Assembly: GCA_020060805.1 (NCBI GenBank)
Contig: JAGUZM010000404.1
Coordinates: 1 to 21,549, forward strand
Direction: 5' to 3'
Origin: Deltaproteobacteria bacterium
GTDB taxonomy: Bacteria; Desulfobacterota; DSM-4660; Desulfatiglandales; HGW-15
DNA length: 21,549 nt
A model generated the notes under the pieces. The model was not told where the DNA came from and searched no databases. It saw only the letters and a program-made list of their open reading frames with translations. Below, piece after piece: positions 13,977 through 21,549 of the stretch. Both the position numbers and the translations under genes were made by a program. Position 1 is the stretch's first letter. Each line of letters starts with the position of its first letter.

Positions 13977-15875
13977 CTAGACCAACTTAGCCTCCCTCAA
14001 CTCTACCAATATCCGGCTGCGACCATATTTGATTGCGCTGGCGAGGCCTTCATCGATTCGGCGTATAAGGTCTTCACTGCCTCCACCGGCGATATTAATG
14101 CTTCCAACGTCGAAATTCAAAATCATCCCGGCTGCCCCGCGCCCCATAGCCGCACCGCCGCTCACACCCTTCAGAACTTCGAACTGGGCTTCAAGAAGTT
14201 GCTTGCTTAGACCGTAGGCCTCTTTTTCTCCAGCGCCCGCATACATCCTGTAAGTCGTCACGTCGGTGAGAGGCCCGAAATCCCTGATCGCCCTGATCGT
14301 CGCCTGCATCGATGCTGTGAGGCTCGCTACTCCGGTAAGGTCGAGGGCATCCTGTATGACGCCACCTACACCCCGAAGGTCGTCCATCATTTCCTGTATC
14401 CCCACGGCCCAGGGCTTTGCAGGAGATTTCTTAATTTGAGGCTCGAACACGAAAGGATTCCGGCCCTCCTCCGCCGCCATGTAGTCAAAAAATTGGGCTG
14501 TACTCTGTGTCGCCTGAGCGATGCTCTCGCTTGCGTTTTGAGCAGCCTCCTGGATCGAATTGATAGTATCGACCACCTTCTCAGCGGCTGCCGAATAAGA
14601 TCCAGGCTGTGAAATAGGCATTCTCACAAAAGGACCTCCGGTCTCCGATGTGCTTTCTATCCCAGAAAGAAGCCTCTTCAGTTCAGGGAAATTGGAAAAC
14701 GCATACTCGCTCAAGCTCAGCTTTCCTGCCGCTACCGCCTGTGCTCCCTTGACCGAATTCTGTACTGCCTCGATGAGATGAAGTCCTGCTCCAAAAACAG
14801 CAAGCCCTTTTTTGCCGAATACGATTGCTGCTACAACTCCTCCCTCCTGAATCCACCCAGGAAGCGATTGAAACGTTTTATAAAGCTCTTCGCCTTTCGT
14901 TATTATTTTCGGCAGATACCTATCCGCGATGTCCGCCAATGAACCCACCGTCCTCACCAATCCCTTCGCCAAATCCAAGATCTCGTCAGCAGTCTTTTTT
15001 GCCCACTCTTGAAGTTTCCCTTCCGAATGAAGTTTATCCACCCGATCCACAACGCCTGCGAGGAAGGTTTCTAGTGACTTCATGACACCGGATTTCATCA
15101 CGAGGCGCTCAAACTCAGTCCAGTAGCTTTTGAGGCTCTCGGTCATTCCCGACCACGTCTTTTGTATCTTCTCTGACTGTCCACCGTAACGCTCCTGCAG
15201 ACCTTCGAATATTGCCTGCACTGCCGCCTTTGCGTTCAGGCTCGACGTCTCCACCTCGCCGAATTTCTTTTTTAGAATGTCGAACACCGGGACACCACGC
15301 TCTGCGAGCTGCATCAGCTCTTCTGCGCTCACCTTTCCTTTCGTGGCAATTTGCGCGAGAGCCCTGGCGATGCCCTGTAAAGTCTCTTCCGTGCCGCCCA
15401 ATGCGCTCATCGTATCGACAAGAATCGTCATCTGCTTAGTGGTTGGATCAAGCCCCATCGCCTTCATCATGATGAAGGTCTCAACCGCCTTCTGGGTATT
15501 CACAGGCATTTTGAGAGCCCACTCATTTAGCATCCTGAAGGTTTCTTCACCTTTCCCTTTTGTAAGAGTGTCAAGGCTGAGCGTCATCTTGTCGAACGAA
15601 GCAGCCGTGTTTACAAAACCAGAGGCAATCCGTTCTAGACGCCATCCCACAAAGGCCGTGGCCGCTATAGTTTTAAGGTTCACAAGCGACTTCCTGACTT
15701 CGCCGATCCTGCCCTTCACACCATCAAAGAGATTCTGGACCCGTTGCAGCCCAGGAGCGGCGCTTGTCCCGACCCCGGAAAGGTTCTTCGATGCGCCGTC
15801 GGTAAACTTCTTGATGTCAGCAAGGGCCTTGTCCACAGCGGCTTTCACGATGATCTCGACCGTATTCTCAGGCAT
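13977..15875 (-). CDS. Phage tail tape-measure protein
   Basis: 632 aa, Ala/Gly/Gln-rich and helical. The N-terminal tape-measure core is FDKMTLSLDTL...EETFRMLNEWALKMPVNTQKAVETFIMMKAMGLDP...TLQGIARALAQIATKGKVSAEELMQLAERGVPVFDILKKKFG. The SD GGGAGGA precedes the ATG. Confidence 0.8.
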   Translation of the reverse strand: MPENTVEIIVKAAVDKALADIKKFTDGASKNLSGVGTSAAPGLQRVQNLFDGVKGRIGEVRKSLVNLKTIAATAFVGWRLERIASGFVNTAASFDKMTLSLDTLTKGKGEETFRMLNEWALKMPVNTQKAVETFIMMKAMGLDPTTKQMTILVDTMSALGGTEETLQGIARALAQIATKGKVSAEELMQLAERGVPVFDILKKKFGEVETSSLNAKAAVQAIFEGLQERYGGQSEKIQKTWSGMTESLKSYWTEFERLVMKSGVMKSLETFLAGVVDRVDKLHSEGKLQEWAKKTADEILDLAKGLVRTVGSLADIADRYLPKIITKGEELYKTFQSLPGWIQEGGVVAAIVFGKKGLAVFGAGLHLIEAVQNSVKGAQAVAAGKLSLSEYAFSNFPELKRLLSGIESTSETGGPFVRMPISQPGSYSAAAEKVVDTINSIQEAAQNASESIAQATQSTAQFFDYMAAEEGRNPFVFEPQIKKSPAKPWAVGIQEMMDDLRGVGGVIQDALDLTGVASLTASMQATIRAIRDFGPLTDVTTYRMYAGAGEKEAYGLSKQLLEAQFEVLKGVSGGAAMGRGAAGMILNFDVGSINIAGGGSEDLIRRIDEGLASAIKYGRSRILVELREAKLV

Positions 15876-15901
15876 CTTTTATCCTCCCCTTCTTCCCTCA
15901 T

Positions 15902-16267
15902 TCAGAGTGGCTTGTAACATCCTCTCACCCTTCTTCTCATGCACAGGCTACAGATATACCACTCGTTATTAAGCTCTTGCCCATCCATAATTCCGAGCAT
16001 CTCAAAAGCCCATCTATCCGCCGCCAACTCTTCCGCCTCATCTGGCCCATCGAACTTGTTAATGAGAACGTGCTTTATTTCGTGGAACAGAACGAAAAAA
16101 GCTAAATATGGGCACTTCAGGTTGTGTGGAGAGATGAGGATTCGGAAACTGCCGTCGCGGAATCTGTGCGCTTCCCCGGCATGATTGTTTTCTAGGTCGC
16201 AGACCATCACGTATCTGATACTTTGGCAATGGTCTTTTGCAATAGAAGTCAGGAAGTCATTTATCAT
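15902..16267 (-). CDS. Small HExxH zinc-metallopeptidase-like protein (ImmA/IrrE M78-like or SprT-like; family ambiguous)
   Basis: FVLFHEIKHVL is followed by EAEELAADRWAFEML, which is like the HExxH...E-x-x-A-N-x-F-A motif of ImmA/IrrE. The C-terminal Y-x-C-x-x-C is also seen in SprT-like proteins. Confidence 0.6.
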   Translation of the reverse strand: MINDFLTSIAKDHCQSIRYVMVCDLENNHAGEAHRFRDGSFRILISPHNLKCPYLAFFVLFHEIKHVLINKFDGPDEAEELAADRWAFEMLGIMDGQELNNEWYICSLCMRRRVRGCYKPL

Positions 16268-16350
16268 CGATCACCCTTTCTTTGTAGAAGGAGGGCCTGA
16301 GCGGGAAAGAAGGAGGAAACCCGCTCAGGCCAGCACATGGCTGCGACGTG

Positions 16351-17526
16351 CTATGAGACCACGGACTTGTAAGCTGATCGGTATTCGACCAAGGCTCCTT
16401 GATACTCGTGCCTGACCTTGTAGAGCCACGCATCCCCTTTAAATGCAGCCTCGCTCAGTGAGTCATCAACGATGATTTCCGGTTCCTCTCGCCCGTTCAG
16501 ATAAGACATTTCGATGCAACCGACATCCTCAACAGGGCGAATGATGCCCCAATCATTCGTGTCGCTTAAGAAGGAGATGATTGCGATTCGCTCATTCTTC
16601 TCCCCGAAGAGGCCGCGAACTGAGTTTATGGTTTTGGTTGTCAGATCATTTCCCGTGTAATAAGAATCGAGTTGGTTGACGCGCACAGCCGTATCCCAGA
16701 GTGAAAGCGGCACAGCAAGCCACCATTTGCCGCCGAGATTGATCCCTATCTTTTCGTTGCTCGGCGAACCCTCGGTCATGTCGCCCAAGGCGCCAACACC
16801 CGTAACCACGGCTGCGATTGAAAGCGCCCCAGATCCAAGGTTCCCATGCCCTCCGGTAAACCAGGCCGTTCCATCCGAACAATTTGCGTTGGAGGTGAAA
16901 AAACTCCAAACGTGTTTAGCATGCGTCCTTCTAGCAGCCCTCGCTACACGGTTAAGGAGTGCTCGCACAAGCCCGATGTTCTCGTTTATCATGCATATTC
17001 TTGTAATCTTAATAACCAGGCCTCGGGTAGTGATTGAGTAGGAAGCCTGTTCATCCCCAAAAGGCGCTATTGCGCCATAATCAGCCGCTTCCGGGTCAAC
17101 GGTCGGGATATCGCTCAAATATCCGAACCTCACAGCCTTAATGCTTCTGAAGTCTTTAGCGGATCGCTTTAAGCCGATCAGGGCGGCCTCATGGAAATCA
17201 ATATCAGCGTACTCTTTGGCCAACCCGACGTGGAGAGCGTTTTGCAATGCGTAGTCAAAGCTGGAGGAGTTGAAATCCTGGCATGATCGAAGATCCGCGT
17301 CCACCCGGTTTGAGTAGAATAACCCCCGCATTTCTACGTCGCCGGTGAAAAACTCATACGCAGGCCGCAAACCAGCGAAGGCAGGTATACCGTTGGAATC
17401 GAACCAGGGATTAATGAGCTTGGTGAGAGCTGCCCTGGCTTTGTCGAGCGCCGTCCGGCCCACTTCGAGCGATGAGTAATACACAGTCCGTTCAATGTCC
17501 CTCAAAAGTTTTTCCTTGCTGTCCAT
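16351..17526 (-). CDS. Putative HK97-fold major capsid protein
   Basis: 391 aa with the SD AGGAGG. The central segment SITTRGLVIKITRICMINENIGLVRALLNRVARAARRTHAKHVWSFF resembles the beta-strand plus long 'spine helix' region of phage major capsid proteins (gpT/HK97-like). It lies upstream of the tape measure in phage-like order. The call rests on pattern recognition only. Confidence 0.6.
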   Translation of the reverse strand: MDSKEKLLRDIERTVYYSSLEVGRTALDKARAALTKLINPWFDSNGIPAFAGLRPAYEFFTGDVEMRGLFYSNRVDADLRSCQDFNSSSFDYALQNALHVGLAKEYADIDFHEAALIGLKRSAKDFRSIKAVRFGYLSDIPTVDPEAADYGAIAPFGDEQASYSITTRGLVIKITRICMINENIGLVRALLNRVARAARRTHAKHVWSFFTSNANCSDGTAWFTGGHGNLGSGALSIAAVVTGVGALGDMTEGSPSNEKIGINLGGKWWLAVPLSLWDTAVRVNQLDSYYTGNDLTTKTINSVRGLFGEKNERIAIISFLSDTNDWGIIRPVEDVGCIEMSYLNGREEPEIIVDDSLSEAAFKGDAWLYKVRHEYQGALVEYRSAYKSVVS

Positions 17527-17578
17527 TTTAGTCCTCCTGCGTGGCCTACAAACCGACCACGGTGATATTTAATGTCAC

Positions 17579-17890
17579 TTATTGCTTCGCTTGATCGGCC
17601 CTAGCTTCACCGGATATTCGCACAGGCTCGGATCTCGCCTCCGCATCCCTCGGCCTTCTTTGGCCCAACTTTGAATCCCAGATCATTTCCTGCTTTGGGG
17701 GAATGCCCGTTTTCTGAACGTCTGTTAACTTGACAGATGCAGGCGCTCCCTTCTTATGGCGGATCTTTGCCCCTCCGTGCGTAACGATCACGATTTCGCC
17801 TGTAGTCTCATCAAACCTTTGAGCGAATACATGTTCCTCTCGAAGGCCATAGACCTTCAGCGTCTCTTGGAATCCTTTTTCATCTCTCAT
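17579..17890 (-). CDS. Hypothetical protein (103 aa), basic C-terminal tail
   Basis: The ORF starts 5 nt after the upstream stop and is co-directional within the element. No recognisable motif. Confidence 0.5.
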   Translation of the reverse strand: MRDEKGFQETLKVYGLREEHVFAQRFDETTGEIVIVTHGGAKIRHKKGAPASVKLTDVQKTGIPPKQEMIWDSKLGQRRPRDAEARSEPVRISGEARADQAKQ

Positions 17891-17895
17891 TTTCC

Positions 17896-18162
17896 CTATA
17901 CCCCCTCGATCTCAAATTTGATGGTGTATTCTCGTCCTCTCGCTGTCATGAACTGAAGAATTGCCATCCGGTTCAGCATGAGTATCTCTCCACGTTTCCC
18001 CATTACGTTGTATTCGATCGTAATCCCTTTTCGTAAATCAACATCCAGCCGGATAGGATACGATTTCTTAATGCCATTAGTGGTAACGTGCAAAATCGCC
18101 CTCGGGTAAGAGTCAAGAAGCGCCAGAATCTCCTCCAATTCTGTTTGCGTATACTCGTCCAT
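17896..18162 (-). CDS. Hypothetical protein (88 aa from ATG 18162)
   Basis: The track ORF starts at TTG 18186. I prefer the ATG at 18162, preceded by GGGAGGAAG. It lies immediately downstream of the structured spacer. No recognisable motif. Confidence 0.5.
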   Translation of the reverse strand: MDEYTQTELEEILALLDSYPRAILHVTTNGIKKSYPIRLDVDLRKGITIEYNVMGKRGEILMLNRMAILQFMTARGREYTIKFEIEGV

Positions 18163-18177
18163 CTTCCTCCCAACAAA

Positions 18178-18283
18178 AAAGCCCAATTGTGCGTGAGATC
18201 CCCTTCGGGGACTTCCTGAGAACCCCTCCGAGGATTTTCTGAGATCCTGCCCAAGGACCTCATGACCGCAACAATTGGGCTTT
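18178..18283 (-). ncRNA. Structured intergenic RNA element / attenuator-terminator candidate inside the element
   Basis: A 13-bp helix pairs AAAGCCCAATTGT (18178-18190) with ACAATTGGGCTTT (18271-18283), plus GCG/CGC across a bulged A. It encloses ~75 nt containing a TCCCC-TTC-GGGGA hairpin (18199-18211), an AGGAT/ATCCT hairpin (18231-18248) and a repeated TGAGATCC. On the minus strand the 3' arm runs straight into UUUUUUGUU and then the SD and ATG of the next gene. Confidence 0.45.
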
Positions 18284-18347
18284 ACTTTACGACTAAACTA
18301 CCCGGCAACTGCAGACCGTCAGCTACCGACCACAACACAGTTAAACT

Positions 18348-18572
18348 TTACTCGCGACCATGTCCCTCCACTTCCGCGACCATGTCCCTCCACTTCTGAA
18401 GTTCTGAGACTATGCCGGTGAACTCCCACAAAAACCAGCTTGCCTCTCTGTTCGCTTTCATGACCCGCTTATAGTCGAACAATGGAATGCTATCCACTTT
18501 TGCACGCAACTCATCTAACCACGCGGGATTGACATACCTAAATTTCTCGCCTCTGGGCCTCTTCGTTTTCAT
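18348..18572 (-). CDS. Hypothetical protein (74 aa)
   Basis: A strong SD, AAGGAGGTGA, lies 5 nt upstream of the ATG at 18572. The last 15 codons are encoded by the 22-bp tandem duplication. Confidence 0.55.
   Translation of the reverse strand: MKTKRPRGEKFRYVNPAWLDELRAKVDSIPLFDYKRVMKANREASWFLWEFTGIVSELQKWRDMVAEVEGHGRE
18353..18396. repeat. Perfect tandem duplication, 2 x 22 bp (CGCGACCATGTCCCTCCACTTC)
   Basis: Copies at 18353-18374 and 18375-18396 are identical. Because 22 is not a multiple of 3, the two copies are read in different frames: KWRDMVA and then EVEGHGR. Confidence 0.9.
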
Positions 18573-18576
18573 ATTA

Positions 18577-19038
18577 TCACCTCCTTTCTTTTCGATTTTT
18601 CCAGCTCTCCAGCACCGGGTGTTCCAAGGGGGCTTTCTCAGGCTCGATCAGGATATAGCAGCCCTCGCTATACTTCCGTGAAGTCGAGATAGATCTAATG
18701 ATCCCCTTTTGCTCCAAGAACCGTAAGTATTTGTGAGCATGGCTTCTAGAAGCACCGCTCAAAAGCACGAGATCTCTCCAGGTAAACCGACCCTTGATTA
18801 TGATCGCCCGCCACATTTTTTCGGTCATGGAGAAGGGGCGTTGTCTCATCTTGTATCGGAAAATCCCCGGCTGGACGGAAACGATCTCGCCGGTCTTCTT
18901 TAAGCCTTTCAAACCGCCCTTGAGCCTCGCCTTTTCAGCATAGCTACGGATGCAGAGGCGGTCAGCGAGATCATGGATCGTGAACTGAACCAACTCGACG
19001 GCTGCCTCTCGAATTTGTTTAGCGAGCTTCTGCCCCAT
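18577..19038 (-). CDS. Putative winged-helix DNA-binding protein (153 aa)
   Basis: There are two wHTH-like segments: FTIHDLADRLCIRSYAEKARLKGGLKGLKKTGEIV and FTWRDLVLLSGASRSHAHKYLRFLEQKGII. The start overlaps the ATPase gene's stop (TAATG). The assignment is weak. Confidence 0.55.
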   Translation of the reverse strand: MGQKLAKQIREAAVELVQFTIHDLADRLCIRSYAEKARLKGGLKGLKKTGEIVSVQPGIFRYKMRQRPFSMTEKMWRAIIIKGRFTWRDLVLLSGASRSHAHKYLRFLEQKGIIRSISTSRKYSEGCYILIEPEKAPLEHPVLESWKNRKERR

Positions 19039-19814
19039 TACGCAACCGCCGCCAACGCTGGTTTTTGATCGCTTCCGCCGTTCAGGATCTCCCCCAACTG
19101 CTCAGGATTCGGCATGCCCTTTGTAACCTCTTTGACCATCTTCGTGCTCACTTCGGCTTTGTTGTTTATTAGACACACCTTTTCGAGACGAACCAATAAA
19201 GCATTCACCAGCCTGAAGTCCCCCAAGGTGATTGTTCTGATCAAGCCTCCCACTTCGGCGTCACACTTCAACCCGCAGAGTTCTTTGGCAATGCCCTGAA
19301 TGTCTTTAGCGCTCAGCGGAGAAAACTCAACGGCTTCCGTGATCCGTGAAAAGAAGTTCCCCAACTCGTTTCTCTGCAAGCTGTTATAGATGCTTTCCTG
19401 GCCGACCAAAACAATCGGGACTTTGCTGATATCCGCAAGGTCTCGAACGGTCTCAACGAGAAGAGATTTGCGAACCACCCTGTCAGCCTCGTCTATAAAG
19501 AACACCACGCCGTGCTTTCGAAGTGTTCGGACAAGCTCCCTCAAATTCTCTTTAACGGTCCTGACCGGCTGAACTCGAAAGGCTAAAAGCATGTCTTCAA
19601 GCATCATACACAGCGACCGGGTCCAAGCTGCGACCGCCCGGCAGTGGAAACTTGGATAGTTGGAACAATACCACTCCGTGAAAGAGCTTTTCCCTAATCC
19701 GGGCCGCCCATAGAGAAGGCCTATGCGGTCAATGCGAGAACCTTTGTCAATCAAGGCTTTGACCATCATGAAAGCCTTACTTACGCTCTCAGTCATCACG
19801 AATTTGTCACGCAT
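19038..19814 (-). CDS. AAA+ transposition ATPase (MuB / TniB / TnsC-like)
   Basis: Walker A is GRPGLGKSS and Walker B is VFFIDEADR. Size is 258 aa. It lies immediately downstream of the DDE transposase and overlaps it by 8 nt. Confidence 0.85.
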   Translation of the reverse strand: MRDKFVMTESVSKAFMMVKALIDKGSRIDRIGLLYGRPGLGKSSFTEWYCSNYPSFHCRAVAAWTRSLCMMLEDMLLAFRVQPVRTVKENLRELVRTLRKHGVVFFIDEADRVVRKSLLVETVRDLADISKVPIVLVGQESIYNSLQRNELGNFFSRITEAVEFSPLSAKDIQGIAKELCGLKCDAEVGGLIRTITLGDFRLVNALLVRLEKVCLINNKAEVSTKMVKEVTKGMPNPEQLGEILNGGSDQKPALAAVA

Positions 19815-21549
19815 TTGCTGCCTCCTCGTCCAATTGGCGTTGCAGATTTTGGGCGATCAGAGAATAGTGATCGTCCTCCTCAAAGGTCTTCATAAATCGG
19901 TGATCATCCAGGCTGAGGACTTCGCCATTCCTCTTCCTCCTCAAAAGCCATGCGTATTTTTCGTCTTGCTCTAGAAAGAGGCCTGATCCTTGCTCCTCAA
20001 CGGTCTTGATAGGTTCATGCAGGTTCGGCACTTCCACAACCTCAAATCTTTGCGGGAACACAAGAGGCTTCTTTTTCTTCGCGGCTTCGATCTGATTCAC
20101 GATCCCTGCCCCGGAAATATCATACTTGCTCAAAAGAGCCTTGTTGGTCTCTATCGTGGCGCGAAGCTCTTTAGCCCGTTGGCGCTTCGCAATCTTGATC
20201 TCTTTGGGAGTGAGATCGCGCCGAGTCATATCCTCAGCCCGACAAACACGTTTCCCCTTAAAATAAACGAGCACGGACGATGCATCGTTATCGTCAATTC
20301 TGAGCACAACCCTGCTTCCTTCTGGGGGCAGCTTCCGATGGAAATATCTACCACCTTCATACATCACACATCCTCTGCGGACTATGCGTTCCTCTTCAGG
20401 CAGGATAAGAATATCCAGGTCCTCTTTATTGATTGTTCTCGCGATGAATCCGAGCTTCGCAAATCGTGCACGTGGTTTCTCCCCTGTCGAAGAATGAACC
20501 GTCTCGGCATATTTAAATGTAACCCAGTCATCGATCAGCTTCTGTAATTCCTCCCTTGAATATTCGACTTTGATTTCCTTTGGCCTATTGGCAAGAGTGT
20601 TCCCTGTGTATCCCGGAAGTCTCCTGAAAAGCCCTTCAGTCAAGGTCCGAAAAGCCCTTTCAATAAAGGGTTTCTCGACGGGTTGCCCGGGATGACAGAG
20701 ATGGTGCTTGGTCCCGACATGTTTAAAAAAGCCGCGAACGCGATTGCTTTTGAAACTTTTTCCCTGATCCGTCCTCGCAACCCCCGGAATGCCCCAACAG
20801 AGGATTGTATCTCTCAAAAAAACAGCCACGGAAAATGCGCTTTCCGGCATAAGCCGAAAACGAACTAGCCGGGAATAGACATCGATGCCGCCAATGATCT
20901 GAGACCGTTTTCCATCATTGGTCATAATGACGCAGTCCTCTTGTTGCCGTTCGGTCAATATATCCGCAAGGGTCGAATCAAGCTCCCATAACTGATTCGG
21001 TTCCGTTAGATTAGCATCCGCACACCCGAGAGCAGGTGTCATACTCCGATCACGCAGACCTTCTTGCCCCTCATGTTTCAGGATCAGGGCGGGAAAATTT
21101 TCTGCTCGGTAGTGCTTAGCGTAGTTTCGGACCTGGAAATATGAAGGCTGATCTTTTGCAGGAAGAAGAAGGCGGAGATCATCGTGGATATCTTGGAAGC
21201 GAATTTTGTAATTGTCCCAGATCAACTTCTCAATGAACCCGCGAACCTGCTCCGAAAGCTTGCAACCCCCATTATTGAAGCCCTCCAGGAGGCCATCTAA
21301 TCCGTTTTCTCGGTAAGCAGACTGCCAGCGATATAGAGTGGATTGACTGATCTTTGGTTTTCTTAGCCGAGCCCGGATCTCTTCGCCTAGAAATCCTTTG
21401 TTAAATTGGTGCAGAAATCTCTTCGCGATCTCCGTTCGTTTCAGGTCCTTCTTGTATTCTCGCTCGAAGGATTCAAATAAATGAAGAAGCTCGCTCTTCG
21501 CCTTTGCATATTCCCGATTTTGTTCTGAACTACCGTCCCATTTATTCAT
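19807..21549 (-). CDS. DDE transposase of the Mu A / TnsB / Tn552 (rve + Mu-transposase C-terminal) superfamily; the ATG coincides with the last window base, so the 5' end may be incomplete
   Basis: An N-terminal HTH is present (ISQSTLYRWQSAYRENGLDGL). The catalytic contexts are LWELDST (D), ARTDQGKSFKS (D) and PVEKPFIERAF (E). The downstream beta-barrel-like region ILILPEEERIVRRGCVMYEGGRYF is typical of the Mu-transposase C domain. Confidence 0.9.
   Translation of the reverse strand: MNKWDGSSEQNREYAKAKSELLHLFESFEREYKKDLKRTEIAKRFLHQFNKGFLGEEIRARLRKPKISQSTLYRWQSAYRENGLDGLLEGFNNGGCKLSEQVRGFIEKLIWDNYKIRFQDIHDDLRLLLPAKDQPSYFQVRNYAKHYRAENFPALILKHEGQEGLRDRSMTPALGCADANLTEPNQLWELDSTLADILTERQQEDCVIMTNDGKRSQIIGGIDVYSRLVRFRLMPESAFSVAVFLRDTILCWGIPGVARTDQGKSFKSNRVRGFFKHVGTKHHLCHPGQPVEKPFIERAFRTLTEGLFRRLPGYTGNTLANRPKEIKVEYSREELQKLIDDWVTFKYAETVHSSTGEKPRARFAKLGFIARTINKEDLDILILPEEERIVRRGCVMYEGGRYFHRKLPPEGSRVVLRIDDNDASSVLVYFKGKRVCRAEDMTRRDLTPKEIKIAKRQRAKELRATIETNKALLSKYDISGAGIVNQIEAAKKKKPLVFPQRFEVVEVPNLHEPIKTVEEQGSGLFLEQDEKYAWLLRRKRNGEVLSLDDHRFMKTFEEDDHYSLIAQNLQRQLDEEAANA

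Larger units (their letters stand above)
13347..21549 (-). mobile_element. Compact Mu-like (Mu/Tn7/Tn552-superfamily DDE) transposable element; distal ('right') end at 13347, transposase-proximal end beyond the window
   Basis: A 5'-TG terminus with tandem 22-bp repeats lies at 13347-13393. A DDE transposase and MuB/TniB-like ATPase sit at the far side. All ORFs are co-directional and tightly coupled. Phage capsid-like and tape-measure genes are present. Hand counts of single 60-nt lines give roughly 40-52% GC here versus about 60% in the flanking host genes; this is a rough count, not a computed figure. Confidence 0.75.

Overview
The window has two parts. (A) 1-13346 is chromosomal DNA from a GC-rich, apparently anaerobic bacterium. 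On the minus strand it carries an ftsH 5' fragment and a rubredoxin -> HEAT-repeat protein -> octaheme cytochrome c operon; the rubredoxin is missing from the ORF track. On the plus strand are an amino-acid ABC importer (permease, binding protein, permease, no ATPase) and a MATE efflux gene. A ~220-nt rod-like inverted-repeat or ncRNA candidate sits in the convergent gap. A minus-strand redox cluster follows: dodecin, a ferritin-like protein, the ferredoxin:thioredoxin-reductase catalytic subunit, a glutaredoxin-like protein, and a rhodanese-ferritin-like fusion. The fusion's catalytic Cys codon is an in-frame TGA, so it is a likely selenoprotein that the ORF track splits in two. Last is a plus-strand AAA_5 (MoxR/McrB-class) ATPase plus a 609-aa DUF5682-like protein. 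(B) 13347-21549 is a more AT-rich, tightly packed minus-strand array bounded at 13347 by a 5'-TG terminus and two perfect tandem 22-bp repeats. It encodes a Mu/Tn7-superfamily DDE transposase, a MuB/TniB-like ATPase, several small proteins, an HK97-like capsid candidate, an HExxH peptidase, a tape-measure protein and a Zn-ribbon/RHH-like protein. No terminase, portal, tail or lysis genes are present. I read this as a miniature Mu-like transposable element, possibly a transposable phage satellite, and it is the most interesting object here. No rRNA, tRNA or CRISPR array was found. All family assignments rest on motif recognition by eye; no searches were run.
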